Assembly: GCA_965644295.1 (NCBI GenBank)
Contig: CBFFRP010000183.1
Span: 1-56,386, forward strand
DNA length: 56,386 bases
Source of the DNA: Paraphysomonas bandaiensis
Taxonomy: Eukaryota > Protista > Chrysophyceae
Direction of reading: 5' to 3'
Shown here: positions 25,436-38,338 of the stretch, piece after piece
Numbering within the stretch: the stretch's first letter is position 1
Layout: the number at the start of each line of letters is the position of its first letter
Made by a program: the position numbers and the translations under genes
The notes under the pieces: model-generated
The model's input: only the letters and a program-made list of their open reading frames with translations
The model's database searches: none
What the model was told of the DNA's origin: nothing

Positions 25436-27835
25436 TTATTTAGCAGTAGGCGTTAGAAACCTGCACCAATATAGTGGTTAGTTGAATGCTTGTCATGCAA
25501 GCTAGACCTCTACCCATAACTAATCCGTACAAATTCCATTATCCTACTATTTAACGCTACAGAAGCTGCTTGTGCGTCGCCGCAAGCACCAAGGTGCAAC
25601 CACTTCCGTTCTAAATTTTGTTTGTGAGTTTCGCCCTGCTTGTGCGTCCTTTGACTCACTGGCGCGTGATGTCTGGGGGTCTTCCCTTAGGATACGGCTC
25701 TACCAGGCTCTGTGGTACAGGGTTTTGCATTAATGTCCGAAGTGTACCAAGTACTAGATGGGTGTTCTGTGAGGGAAGTGGAGTGGTGGAGGGTGTCGTT
25801 GTTTCCTTGAATCGCTTGGGCATCAGGCATAGGTGAAGTTGCCGGAGACGGCGTCTTTGTCGAGGACCAGATGTTTTCAAGCAGTCCGGTGCTTTATTCC
25901 TGCGTGCATGAGAGGTGGTGCATGTGGTTGCAGTGGATGGTAGTCCCGTCTCTGTTCGTCTTTGGACTCCTAGTAATCGTAGCACCCTTGGGCGTTTCCA
26001 TTTCCGTTTGTGTTGCGGGCGCGGTCGCGGGAGTAACCTATAGGGGGTCCTTTGTGTGAGGTAATGTATCGTCGACTTCGGTCCTGAATCATTAATTTAG
26101 CGGCGTCGAAAAGCGGTTGAAGCAAGCTGATGACCGCTGTTTCGAGATTGCGCAGACCTTGGGTTGTCAAGGGCTGATGGATGTGATCTCCAAAAATCGT
26201 CTCTAGTTGTGCAGTGGTGATGGTACCTGTCCAGAATCTTTCCACCTGTGGCACAACGGAAGGGTTACAGGCCCGGTTGGAGAGTCTCTTTAGCACATTG
26301 GTGGTCCAATGGGGTAAAACCGAATTTCTCAGTACCTCTTGAAGCGCGTTTTTGTGGTTGTGAAATGCCGATTCCCTTATTTGAGTGATGGCGTCATATG
26401 AATGTGCAGTCTAGGCACATGTGCTTGAGGGAGTCCAATCTAAAGCCGCAGTCAGAACAGACGGCTTTGGTCAGGTCTAGTCCGTGTTTAGTTTTAGCCC
26501 GGTTTCGGCATAATATACTGAAGGATTTGTCCCATGTCACTGCTGCATTGAGCACTCGTTGGCGTAGGTGGGAGCTATCTTTTTCCTTTGTTGGACCACC
26601 ACCTGCTTGCGCCAGTTTGCGCGGGAGTAGTGCCCCACTGTCTGTCCAGTATCTGGGTGCCCTGTCGGGATTGTGACCGTAGTGTAGATCTCTGTAGGCA
26701 GTGTAGAACTCCAGCGTCCGTTGTCTGCGGAGGGACTGGAAGTCTGTTAGCAGGGGGCTCGTACGACATGGCCATCGTTCCCCCGAAATGCGCCAGTGCC
26801 ATAAGCCCGCGGTGAGTATTCGCTCAATGGCTTGGTCTACTTCTATATGTTACAAACAGTGTAGTTTTATCTTCCCAGTAGACGATCAACCTCAAGCCAG
26901 TCTTCTCCAGCTATTGCGTCTGCAAGGTATATACCTTTGTCTTCATATATATGTCCATTCAGATTCGTCGGTGGTGCGTCTTTCCGGGTGTGATCGAACC
27001 CATGCTACTTTCCTAGTGCAATTTGTGGTTGCTGCAATGCTTTCGAGCAGGACGCCCTTGGCACGATGGCCTATAGGGCTCGTCGTCTGGTGGAAAGTGC
27101 CTCTTCCGTGCGGATGCAGACGGCTTTACAGTCTGTGTTAATCGGCACATGTGCATGGATCCGCGCCGATAGTATAAGTGCCATTGCAGCGCCCATAAGC
27201 TCGTACGCATACGGTCCAAGTCCAGGTACATCGCTGAAGGGTGTCTCTAGGCGCAGGATTTTTGTAGTGCCGGTCTGCCATTCGTCCTCCGGGGGTAGCC
27301 AGACAACCGCCGCTCCTCCATGATGTGCCCATCTTAGACGTGAGGGCACATGGGTGATGCGGCGCGGGGAGATGGCTGCAGGCGTGTATGATCCGTCTGT
27401 AAAGATTGCTTGGTAGGTATCAGAGTCGGCATCATCAAGTTTTAATGTGCGTATGATGTTGGTCATAGTGTGGGCATCTTCAGGTTCAGGGGGTAGAGGT
27501 CGTTGGAGTGTGATGCCGACCTCAGCACCCCATTCCCTTAAACTTAAGGCAAAGTGGTGGTAGTTTGGGTGCGGAGCAATTGTCTGTGTAAGGAGGAAAT
27601 GCGCTGCGTCACCTGCATCCCCTCCGAGTGTTAGAGCACGTTGTAGGGAGCCCCATTTTTGTTCTTGAGCAGAGTCTGAGAAGCGTTTCATTCCTAGTCC
27701 ATTATGCTTGAGGGATAGGTAGATCAATTCCGTGGGGTATCCAGGACCTAGGCTTAGCGCTTTCCTGTAGAGATGTGCGCAGGTGGAGTCAATGTCCTTG
27801 TACCATTGTAGAGGCCAAAAGAGGCTTTGGTAGCC
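25436..27835 (-). mobile_element. 5'-truncated, degenerate LINE with RNase H and CCHC zinc knuckle
   Basis: Post-RT segment PTELIY..NGLG. RNase H motifs IFTDGSY, AYELMG, NTDCK, RSHPE, GIYLADAIA. CSDCGFRLDSLKHMCLDC is CX2CX7HX4C. The ORF ends GRPPDITRQ*, and the 3' UTR ends CGCCTACTGCTAAATAAAAA. Confidence 0.9.
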
Positions 27836-28180
27836 TTGTACAGTAGTGTGGGTATGATTTGGGTTTCGATAGTTGAGAGATATAGAAGTAGCGAATGTCA
27901 ATAAATTATGAGAAATGTTGATTATAAATTTAATCTTTGATTGCTGTGTAAGTTCAGGTACTGAAGTCATTTTATCATCAAAAATGTCAAGACTTGAATA
28001 TTGATAGAAGTTACAACTTGAAACTAATCATCAATGGTACTTCAGAGTTCAGAGCACATAATTTCAGATCTTGGCTGAAGCATTACGGCAGTAGTAGTTC
28101 ATATGATTTGGTGTTCATTTTGAAGTACATTTTTATATCTAGTCAACAGACATGAAATAAGTTGTCCTCACAAGCGGTAC

Positions 28181-28546
28181 ATTTCAGAGGAAAATTTATT
28201 GCGTAGTATTGGCCGTTCAAACTGAATAATTATCTAAAAATATTTTCATAATTACAATATGCAGAAAGAAAGTATTCAGCTGAAACCCTATTTACGAAGG
28301 TCTACAAGAAGTGCTATTGTACACACCACAAACACTGTATTAGCTCCAAAGTCTATCAAATACTTTCAGAGGTAAATTTATTGCGTAGTATTGGCCGTTC
28401 AAACTGAATAATTATCTAAAAATATTTTCATAATTACAATATGCAGAAAGAAAGTATTCAGCTGAAACCCTATTTACGAAGGTCTACAAGAAGTGCTATT
28501 GTACACACCACAAACACTGTATTAGCTCCAAAGTCTATCAAATACT
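28181..28546. repeat. ~182-bp near-perfect tandem duplication (2 copies)
   Basis: GCGTAGTATTGGCCGTTC..CTATCAAATACT at 28201 and 28383. Confidence 0.95.
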
Positions 28547-28635
28547 TATACATAATATAACCTCATCAAAGTTTTCCCCAGTAAAGATTCCCCATCATAA
28601 AATGATGTTTCGATTGTGGTGTTTCCACTACATTA

Positions 28636-28902
<267 letters not shown>

Positions 28903-29515
28903 CTACCTTCTAAGCAGACGCCATTCAGAAATACGCGCTGCTCCAACCTGTCGCACGAAGGTGAGAACGAGGCTACCACAACTCGCGATTAGACCCTCGG
29001 CGAGGTTTCATTATAATTGATATAACTAAAGTACTGCATCATGACACATAATATATTCGATTCATAGTAACACTGATATACCTAAAATTATTAATGCACT
29101 CAATTGAAGAAAAATTAATCTCCCTCGAGACGGCATCGCAAGAAAGAATGCTGGATGGAATATACGCTAGAGACCGGTATTAAGAAACACTATGGAGTGA
29201 GATGCAGCAGTGTGTATCCACCCCGTTAGAAAACAGCGTATCGTTTAATGTGCCACGAAATAAAGTATTACTAACACAAACATCAACATACCTTCCATTG
29301 TACTAGAGAACATAACCTCTTTATTCCAATCCCGAGACGACCATAAAACCTTTCCAGTATTAGCATCCCTCATATTCATCATATTTCTAAAGAAATAGAC
29401 GTATGAAGTTACAAGTAAACGAATCCTGTAGATCGGCTTACATGCGGAAACCGGAAAGAATTTTGCGTGATTGCGGATGTGTAGGCTCGTATGATGTGCC
29501 TAGAAATCGTAATTG

Positions 29516-29848
29516 TTAATTGTAAATATCTAACTCGTGACTACACTGAATGAACTCGCCTTGATTGGGCGATTTCATTAGGGCCTCGAACTCCCGGTCA
29601 GCTTCATCAATGCTATCATCTAAAGACAAATTTGTACTATTCGTCATACTCTCCGTGGAATCTCCTGAGACATTACGTCTTACTGCGCGTCTGGCTTGAT
29701 CATTGTAACTCTTCGCGTCTGAGTGCTTCATTTCATAATCTGCTAGCTCTTCATCCCAATAAGTCTCATTTTTATAGGTTGTTTTTTCTCCAGTTTTAGA
29801 GGCTTTGTGAGTGGAATATAAGCCTTTTCCTTCACTCTTGGATTCCAT
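29516..29848 (-). CDS. Hypothetical protein, probable first exon
   Basis: 110-aa hydrophilic ATG ORF, divergent from the cathepsin gene. No family recognised. Confidence 0.45.
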   Translation of the reverse strand: MESKSEGKGLYSTHKASKTGEKTTYKNETYWDEELADYEMKHSDAKSYNDQARRAVRRNVSGDSTESMTNSTNLSLDDSIDEADREFEALMKSPNQGEFIQCSHELDIYN

Positions 29849-30255
29849 TACTTACAGCTATAGGTACTTACGTTCCTCTGATAAGAAGATTAAATTGCAA
29901 AATTAAGGAACGAAGCTCTAAAAGCTGCACCCCAATTGCGTGCTTAAGATATCCACTCAAGGGAGAGAATTGACGAGAGGGAGGCAGAAAGTCTGCCTGC
30001 TACAGTGGCTGGCCCCTATAAGGATCTCAAATGGGCGCACCTTATAGGGGCCAGCCACTGTATTTCTATTCTGTATTTGACAAAAAAACACATCCTGCTA
30101 AATATCAATCAGAAATCAAAACTGAAATATGCGACTCTCCAAGATCTGAGACTCCTCAAGATACGACTCTCACCAGTGATTTTCGCATCACAGCATTTAC
30201 TCTTCGCTCAATATCACAATTAATACCCCCATCACTCCTCCGCCGTACCTTAATA

Positions 30256-31254
30256 ATGATCTACCAAACAATTGTTCTTGCTACTGTTGCTGCCACTGCT
30301 GTGGCTAGCAATGTGCATCCACGTGAAACGTATGAAATGCTTTTCGTTAACTGGATGAAAACCCATAACAAGAGGTTTGAGAATGGCGCGGAGTTTGTGA
30401 AGAGATTGAAGATATTTGCTGACAACCACGACGTCATCGAGGCCCACAATGCTCAAGAAGGCGTAACCTATAAACTTGGCCATAACGAGTTCTCGCATAT
30501 GACTCTTCAGGAATTTCACGATTACCTTCATCTTGGTGGTACGCGTCCTGGCAACCTTCGTAAAAACCCGACCGGTCCCAAGCACGTTGCTGCTCCGAAC
30601 AAATCTCTTCCCGAGTCGGTTGATTGGGTCGCTGCAGGTGCTGTAACTGAAGTAAAGAATCAAGGATCTTGTGGATCGTGCTGGTCATTCTCCGCCACTG
30701 GCGCATTGGAAGGTGCCTACCAAATAAAGAATGGTAACTTGCTTTCTTTTTCAGAGCAAGAGCTTGTGTCTTGCGATCAAACTGATGGCGGCTGTAACGG
30801 AGGATGGATGGATGATGCTTTCACGTGGGTAAAAAATAATGGCGGTCTGTGTACAGAAGGTGACTATCCTTACACTTCTGGTAACGGCAAAACAGCAGCT
30901 TGCCAGAAAGATTCCTGTTCCAACGTCGCTATGTCTCCTACATACACCGATGTAACTGAAGGGTCAGTTGAAGCTCTTATGTCTGCGGTTGCCCAACAGC
31001 CAGTTTCGATTGCTATTCAGGCTAATCAAATGGCGTTTCAGCTTTATTCTGAGGGTGTCCTAACCGGTAGGTGCGGTCAGAATCTTGACCACGGAGTGCT
31101 GGCTGTGGGATACGGAACAATGGACGGAACTGACTACTGGAAAGTGAAAAACTCGTGGGGACCAACTTGGGGTATGGATGGATACATTCTCATCGAGAGG
31201 TCGGATGCCGATCTTTGTGGTGTTCTCGATGCTGCTTCTTATCCCAACTTATAA
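30256..31254 (+). CDS. Cathepsin L-like papain-family (C1A) cysteine protease, intronless
   Basis: Signal peptide MIYQTIVLATVAATAVA; I29 propeptide (ERFNIN-like EFVKRLKIFADN, GHNEFSH); QGSCGSCWSFS, LDHGV, WKVKNSWG. The ATG at 30256 is preferred over 30031. Confidence 0.97.
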   Translation: MIYQTIVLATVAATAVASNVHPRETYEMLFVNWMKTHNKRFENGAEFVKRLKIFADNHDVIEAHNAQEGVTYKLGHNEFSHMTLQEFHDYLHLGGTRPGNLRKNPTGPKHVAAPNKSLPESVDWVAAGAVTEVKNQGSCGSCWSFSATGALEGAYQIKNGNLLSFSEQELVSCDQTDGGCNGGWMDDAFTWVKNNGGLCTEGDYPYTSGNGKTAACQKDSCSNVAMSPTYTDVTEGSVEALMSAVAQQPVSIAIQANQMAFQLYSEGVLTGRCGQNLDHGVLAVGYGTMDGTDYWKVKNSWGPTWGMDGYILIERSDADLCGVLDAASYPNL

Positions 31255-31552
31255 TTTGCTGTATTATAGTGAGACATCAAAATATTAAATGACATTTGTA
31301 GAAAAGTGTTTAGTGCATGAATCTAAATGGACATGTGATTATGAGTGGAGTAAGTGGATGTTATTTCCCTTGCAAATCTTGTCATCATTCTTTACAACGT
31401 GAGTGATAATTATTTTGAAAAATAATAAATCACCTTATTATGAAACTAGAGACAAGAGTTGCAAAATGAAATTTTTTGTTGGTTTAAGCAGAAAAACATC
31501 ATACGGTAAGAACCACTGCCAGTATCTAGTTAGTTGAAAAATTATTACAAGG

Positions 31553-32342
31553 CAGGGATAGGGAACAATATATTGCAATACTATTGTTAGATAGCGTTCC
31601 ATCAATAGTATTGACGGATTTTTTAAACCGGTCCTACAATACAATTACAATATATTGCGATATATTAGTTTGACTAATCAGTAGGTAAACACATCCGTAG
31701 ATTTCATTTTTAGTATTAGTCATTAGTATTAGTCATTAAGATCACATGACAACCAAACCAACTGCTGCTTATAGCTACTAAAAATCCACCTCGTCCTCAT
31801 CCTCTGAGCATCATCGGTGACGTCAACATCGCCATATTCATCCACAGAATTAATTGAAATATGCTAGTATCCGGCCATAACTGTCGAATAGCTTTCTAAA
31901 ACAACAGCATATTAAGTAGGATGGATACTTTTGCGCAACACTGATATAATATGTTTAGCTGTGCTGAACAGACGTTCCCATGTATTGGAAGTACATACCA
32001 AGGCCAGGCAACCGTTAATGACTCGTGGATCTGTACGTTTCTTAATTTTTTGAGCTGACTGAAGATTTTTAGTCGCATAGTCAACATCAGCTTCATTATC
32101 CTTTGTAATGTTGTAATCAATTTCTCGGTTATTTATATCCATTTTGCACCCTACAGTTGAGAATCTTCTCTTATATGACTATCATAATATTGATTGCAAT
32201 ATATTGCAATAGTATTGTGAGCTCTTTTAGCAGAAACACTATTGATGGAATATTTGACCAGTCCACCAATCAATATATTTTACAATATATTGCAATATAT
32301 TGTACAATGTATTGCAATACAATATATTGTTCCCTATCCCTG
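31553..32342 (-). mobile_element. Internally deleted hAT element
   Basis: TIRs CAGGGATAGGGAACAATATATTG at both ends; perfect 8-bp TSD TTACAAGG (31545-31552 and 32343-32350); retains SNTWERLFS. Same family as 18880-20247. Confidence 0.95.
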
Positions 32343-32919
32343 TTACAAGGTGTTGGAGTTAAAGTTGAGCACAAGCCAAGTTAAAGTAATAGCAATACAA
32401 AGCTAGCTGACTCCGCTATGTAGTATTCCCTCTTAAAAGAGAGTGGTGAAAAGAAACGAAAACCATGGATCATTAAACATATTATTGTCAAGTTTTTTCA
32501 ATAAAGAAGTAAACCCTAAACAATGAATATCATATCAGGTCGGTTGGGAAGACTTTCAAAGAGATATCACCTGTCAGAAGGGAGCTACGGGGTACTGCGC
32601 ATAGTAGAAGATTTGTTTTGGTAGCCATTTTAAGTGGTGGTATATTAGAATATGGATCTTATTCTAGTATATTCAGTATGTCACTTGAAGACAATGTACC
32701 AGAATACAGTGAAATATAGTGATGTACAAATGCTGTGATGATATTGAGAAACTGAAATAGTTTGATCTTTCAAGATATGTTCAGTAACGAGAGGTTCGCA
32801 TATGTAGGATATTATGCAGGGATTATAATGAGTTAGTGTTGGTTATCACAACTTCGTGTAAACGATATTAATAAATCTATCTAGTCTTACGACAAATTCT
32901 CTCTGTGATCTAGCTTAAA

Positions 32920-34519
32920 ATGAGCAATTATCAATATGGTAGCGAGCGAGGAGGATAGAGGAGTAGTTCCTCAGTTCAACGAGAATAACGTTGAACAATG
33001 GATTGAAGGCTTCGAAACATTCCTGATGAGGAAAGAGGAAAGTGAAGTAGCGGTGGCAGCCACCACCGAAGAAGAGCGACTTCGGGGAACAGCCACTTAC
33101 GTTAATGGAGGAGAAGTCTTACAGACAGGCTGTGAAGAAGTACTGGAAGGCGAATGCCATAGCGTATTCGTACTGTAGAGAGGCAGTGCAATCATCTTCG
33201 AAGGTGCTTCAGAAATTCCATCTTTTACATAAAGGGTTCAAGGCTGATGGAAGAGGAAGCAACAGGTTTAAGGCGCATGTTATGATTGATGAGTTGAAGA
33301 AATGCTTTGCTGGAGGGAAGCAAAACAAGATCAGCGAGCTATTAACTCAGTATGGCTCTTTCCGTATGCGTCCGGAGGAGACTGCGAAGGACTATATAAT
33401 ACGGTTTGAAATACTGCTGAAAGAGCTACAGGAGCAGCAGCAGGACATATCGGAGCTCTCAAAAATAACACGGTTACGAGAAGGTCTGTTGAATGAGGAA
33501 TATGCTCCTTTGAATGTTGCTTTTTGTACTTGATGCCTGATGATGTGGATTTTATGCAACATTATCAAGGAAGATAGAACGGTATGATGATACAATTCCT
33601 GGAAGAATAGCGCTGGAGCGGAAACGCAAGAAGGTGGAGGAGCTGAATTTCATTGAAAAGAACAAACGGTCTCGAACTGAACGGGATAAGCGTAAGAAGG
33701 GCAATTGTCGATATTGCAGGAAAGAAGGAATTCCTCATAGCCATCAACTGAACAGTGCAGGAGGAAGCAGAGGAAGAAGGATGGAGAGATATCAGGGCAG
33801 CGTCCTGGAAGTGCTGAGTATACGGGATGCAGAAACTGCAAGTCTCTGGAACATCTTGCTGCTGATTGTCCAACACGGCGAAGAAAAAGCATTCTAGAAT
33901 AGGAGAGAAAGGGAAGAATCATGGTAGGAAGCCGGACAAAAAGCTGCTGACAGTAGAGAATATACGGCGTGGAGAACCAGCAGATTTCTCTGATGAAGAT
34001 GAAGCTAATATGATCGAGGATGTTATGTTTTCATGCCAAATATATGAAACAAATATCTGTAGTGTAAATGATGACATCCATTACACTTATATTGACACTG
34101 TTGTTCATCGTCGATGTTCTTGATGAATGATGTAACCATGCTTGACAATCATATGAGTACATCAAAGGTAATTAACGGTTTTAAAAAGGGATCAGAGATT
34201 CGGATCACGAGTGTGGGTTCCCGTGGAGCATGGAGGGACATTGAAATATCAGACCAGATTAATCGATGCCTGTGCTCGGGACGTAAACTGAATGAGATGG
34301 GCTATCAATTTACGGTATGGTATGGTATACAAATATATAATAGTACAACTGGGGAGCTGGTGCTGGAGGGACCCATGAAGAATGGAATGACTGCAGTGCC
34401 AACTCAGCAGCTGTTAGAGCTGCCAGATGTGTCGACACCGAGTGATTGTGAAGTGAATCTAAGCAATAGGACTGGTAAGGATGAGTTAGAATTCTGCATC
34501 GGAGAGCAGGTTACTTCAA
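32920..34519 (+). mobile_element. Degenerate Ty1/Copia gag-protease-preintegrase region
   Basis: Gag-like FRMRPEETAKDYIIRFE..LREGL; zinc knuckles (CRYCRKEGIPH); protease remnant YTYIDT; LCSGRKLNEMGY; GAG-pre-integrase LHRRAGYF, interrupted at 34520 and resuming at 37504. Confidence 0.85.
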
Positions 34520-34739
34520 AAGCAAACTATTTTCAAACTTGGGAAAAAATTTTTCCCAAATATTTTCATTAATGATTTCTAGTTGACTATACATATTTTA
34601 AGATGAAAAAAGGATATACAACAGCTTGGATGTTGATAAAAGTAAGGTAATATTATCAAGCTGTTTTTAGGTTCTTAACAAGTTTATTACTTTATTGTTA
34701 TTGTTGCATGCAAAATACAATAGACAATACTCATTATAC

Positions 34740-35571
34740 TTATGATTGCAAGAAACGCAAACGGTTAATTTCTTTTTTCATTTTGCAGTTATCATCAATT
34801 ACTGAATTTTGTTGAGCAAGCATAACAAGAGTACCTTCATCAACAAATTTCTTCAATCCCTTCGTTCTCCTCTTTCGTCGTCTTGATTTATTCTTCTTAC
34901 TTCTGTAGTCCTCCTCGTCGGCTTCGGAAGTTATTGAATCTTCATCATCATGAACGCTCCTCTTTCGCGAGCAGTTCGGCTTAGAAGTATCGGCAGGGCG
35001 AACTCGTTCTTTGGCAATGAGGGCATCAATTTGTTCCTGTTGATGCCTCACCATTTCCGTCAACGATAAAATCGTCTTCTCCTGCTGATCCAGTATCTCA
35101 CTGCGAACATTGCGAACATTCTCCCTTCTTCCCACTTTCCACTCCTCCTCTACTACATCATCGGACACCAAATCTTCAACAATAGGCTGCTTCTCTTTGA
35201 AAGGCACGCAGTTCTTCTTACCTTCATCGTCTTTTGACATCTTCTTCCATTGGTATTGACACTGAGCCTAAACCATAGCTAGTAAGTAACATTTATAATA
35301 ATGTAACTTCGAAAAAACATAATATATATTATACTACCTTATCAAAACCAGTCTCTTTTTCTACCATTACCCAAGCAATTCCTCCATTTTGGGCCATTCC
35401 ACGATGCTTATTTACAGAAGCACTAAGGATATCACAGTGCTTGCAATCCCATTTTGGAGGCAAATTTTTTTTTGAACTCGATTGAGGGGTTTCCTTTTTT
35501 CTTTTCTTCTTCCTCTCCTTCGTGGACACAGGAACAACTACGACTACCTCATCATCATTTTTTGATGTCAC
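34740..35571 (-). CDS. Charged, coiled-coil, NLS-rich hypothetical protein inside the TIR element (probably spliced)
   Basis: ORFs 35329..35571 (CKHC motif) and 34740..35240 are separated by an intron-sized AT-rich gap. Start uncertain. Confidence 0.5.
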
Positions 35572-35663
35572 CAGCTTCTTCTTTAGAAGCCTAGACGATT
35601 TTACACTGGACCCGTGTACGTGGCGTGCTCCTTCAGCTACTCCGTCTAGATTTATAGTTTCTT

Positions 35664-37298
35664 TTGGAAGTTTTCGATTACCCTATGCGCGATGTCAGGA
35701 GAGGAATCATGGTAGATGGAATGCGAATTCTTGATTCCTTACCGTTCGAATTACCATCACCTTATTCTTTTTCTGAAGGATCTCGAGAGGTCCTTGATAA
35801 TGTAATGATAAAAGTACGGACTGATTTTCATCAAAAGCATTCAGTAGCCCTCGATGAGTGGAATGCGTGGGCAAGAGATGAAGCACCTGCCGTAGATACC
35901 GTTGAAGAGTACGTTCAGCAACACCCTCTTAATATTCCATTAGGAGATATTCTGTTCTCCGGTGAGCCAATCGATCAGACTGAAGTTCATTTACCGAATG
36001 ATGGTCGCAATATCTGTAGTGACTTAACGAGGATGAGGACAACGGACTGTGTCAAATGGTCACGCTGGGGTTTTAAACGGGATGATTACCACAGTGAGAA
36101 CTTTGCTAGGGTTGAGAGGTGCACTATCAACGGTGATGTAGTGGAGAGAAGTGCACTACCTGCACAAGTAAATATTTTCAGAAAGTGGAAGAGAAGAAAG
36201 AAACTCTCTCCTGATGAGGTTGGAAAATTTAAATTTGTTCTCGGAAGAAGTATTCCGAACGACATGTCTTCACCATTCACTCGCCAGGGTCAAGTAGTTT
36301 CTATAAGAAATGGAGGACATCGTATATACTGGAAGAACAAGCGAGGAGGAGAATTTTATCCTGATAACCCCCCTGACAAGTCATTTGAACGAAAGTTAGA
36401 TGGTGGATGGATTGCGTTTGGTGAAATAGATTCGCCACCTGATGGAGTGGGAAATCAAGGTGTAGTTTTGCTTCGCGATATTGCAGACGTATCTACGCGT
36501 GCACAATCGATATCCAGCAATAATGGTGGTGGAGTGGTATTGTCGGATGCCTCCGTTGATTGTGAAAGTAGTAGCGAAGATGACAACATCATGCAATGGT
36601 GAGATTCAAATAGCTTTTTGATAAAAAATAACCTTCCTTATCTATTTTGTTTGTGTAGTAGTACCAGTCAATCTGCAAGCCATCATCATGCAAGAAGGCT
36701 TCGAACGACTTGTAACACTAGACGTTGTAGACCAGAAACGGATTCTATGTCGTCCGCAGAGGTGGATAACCAATTTGAAACCGCGAGTAGTATGATAAGT
36801 CGGCGAAAAAATAAGGGAAGGAGGATTAAAAATTTAAGGAAGCGACACAAGACTATTCAGCTTTCAGATATCAGTGATGAAGAAGATTGTGTTGATAATT
36901 ACAGCAGCTCAAGGGATAGCGTTGTTGTCGATAAAACTCAGGCTTCAGAAAGATATGAATCTGATTCCAGTGATAGTAGTTGTAGTAGTGATGATTTGCA
37001 ACTATATGCCGTTGGTGAGAAAATTAGAAATATATATAATTTCAATGGTAGTGTTATTGGATATAAAGATGGTAGGTATGATATAGAATTCATAGATGGT
37101 GAAATTATCAGAGGTATAAGGCAGAAAGAGTTGAAACCTGCAATAAAACCCTCCGGAAAGAAGAAAACGAATACATCAGGTAGGTGGGATATCGAAGTTG
37201 TTCCAAATACGGATTGGGTAGACACAGGAGCGGTTGGAGCTGCGCCTGTACTCATTGGTAAACGTAACAGGAAGAGAATTGAAAATTATAGTTATTAG
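35664..37298 (+). CDS. Hypothetical protein(s) inside the TIR element with a C-terminal Tudor/SH3-like domain
   Basis: 312-aa and 226-aa ORFs, probably joined by an intron starting at ~36599 (GTGAGA). YAVGEKI..GSVIGYKDGRYDIEFIDGEIIRGIRQKELK fits a Tudor-like pattern. Confidence 0.55.
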
Positions 37299-38338
37299 TA
37301 GAGAAGAGTATTCATATTATATAATAATAATACATATATCATATATCTATATAGTATATCTATATCATACACTTAGTAACACTTACTTCTATAACATTAC
37401 CTCTGTCTAAATTATATCATCAATAAACATGAGGTTTTCATGATGAATTTTTTAAAAAGTCCCAAATTTAGAAATTTTTCCCAAGTTTGAAAAAAGTTTG
37501 CTTCAACAAGCATGCCTTAATGCTACATATAAGCGTCAGTGTTCGAATATATTATGTATGTACTCTTGACTTTATGTATGAGAATATGTCGTCTGTGTGT
37601 TTGTGTGTGTATATGCATATATATACGAGCGTTCTGAATGTATGTGTATCTGTGTGTTGTCATGTAGATATTTATAATAATAATATGATATCGTTATAGT
37701 CGATGCAAACTTGCTTGCATAAGTACTAGCCATAGTAAAGTAGCTATATATATATGTAGATCTTAAATACAATGATTGGCAGTATGTACATTGTGTTAAC
37801 AAGAAGTATAGTAGGTATAAGGTATAAGTTTGCTTATCACACAAGTAAGTGTCGAAAATTCTAAACTACGAAGGAGTACAGTAGCTGATTTATATTGACA
37901 GAAGTAGTGTACTATTCCAAGTTATATGTGGGCTAACATCGAAGTATTTGCTGGAATAATTACATGCATAACAAGGCAGTATACTATCAAACCACACATC
38001 ATATATATCGGCATGAATTTTTAAGCAAATATTATTAGAGTATTAGTCAAGTGGTTATCTAGTTTCAAAATGGCAATCAATAGACGATAACTACCTAGGA
38101 ATTATAAGCACACTACCAGCACTCTCGCCACTAAACAGATTAGTTGGGAATATGTGCGAACAATAGCATACAACTACTACGCAATGGTATAACAAACTAT
38201 TGAATATCCCTACATCGAATTAGTCATTTTAAGTACAAGTGCTCCTGGTTTTAGGAGCAGCTAGAAATGATAGAGCATGTTCAATTTGCCTCCGCCTAAC
38301 CTCTTCTGTGATATATATATTGAATTCTGAGCAAAGTA

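Larger units (their letters stand above)
34520..37503. mobile_element. 2,984-bp TIR element with cargo ORFs and no recognisable transposase
   Basis: ~32-bp TIRs AAGCAAACTATTTTCAAACTTGGGAAAAAATTT and AAATTTTTCCCAAGTTTGAAAAAAGTTTGCTT; 3-bp TSD CAA. Removing the element restores the Copia reading frame. Confidence 0.9.

Noticed and set aside
27836-27970. N-terminus of the 299-aa ORF as part of the LINE
   Set aside because: AT-rich flanking DNA read through the 5' truncation point.
30031-30255. 75-aa N-terminal extension of the cathepsin
   Set aside because: A typical signal peptide begins at the ATG at 30256; the extension is probably promoter/5' UTR that happens to be open.
32600-32920. Copia 5' LTR and PBS
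   Set aside because: No matching second LTR found in the window; boundaries cannot be supported.
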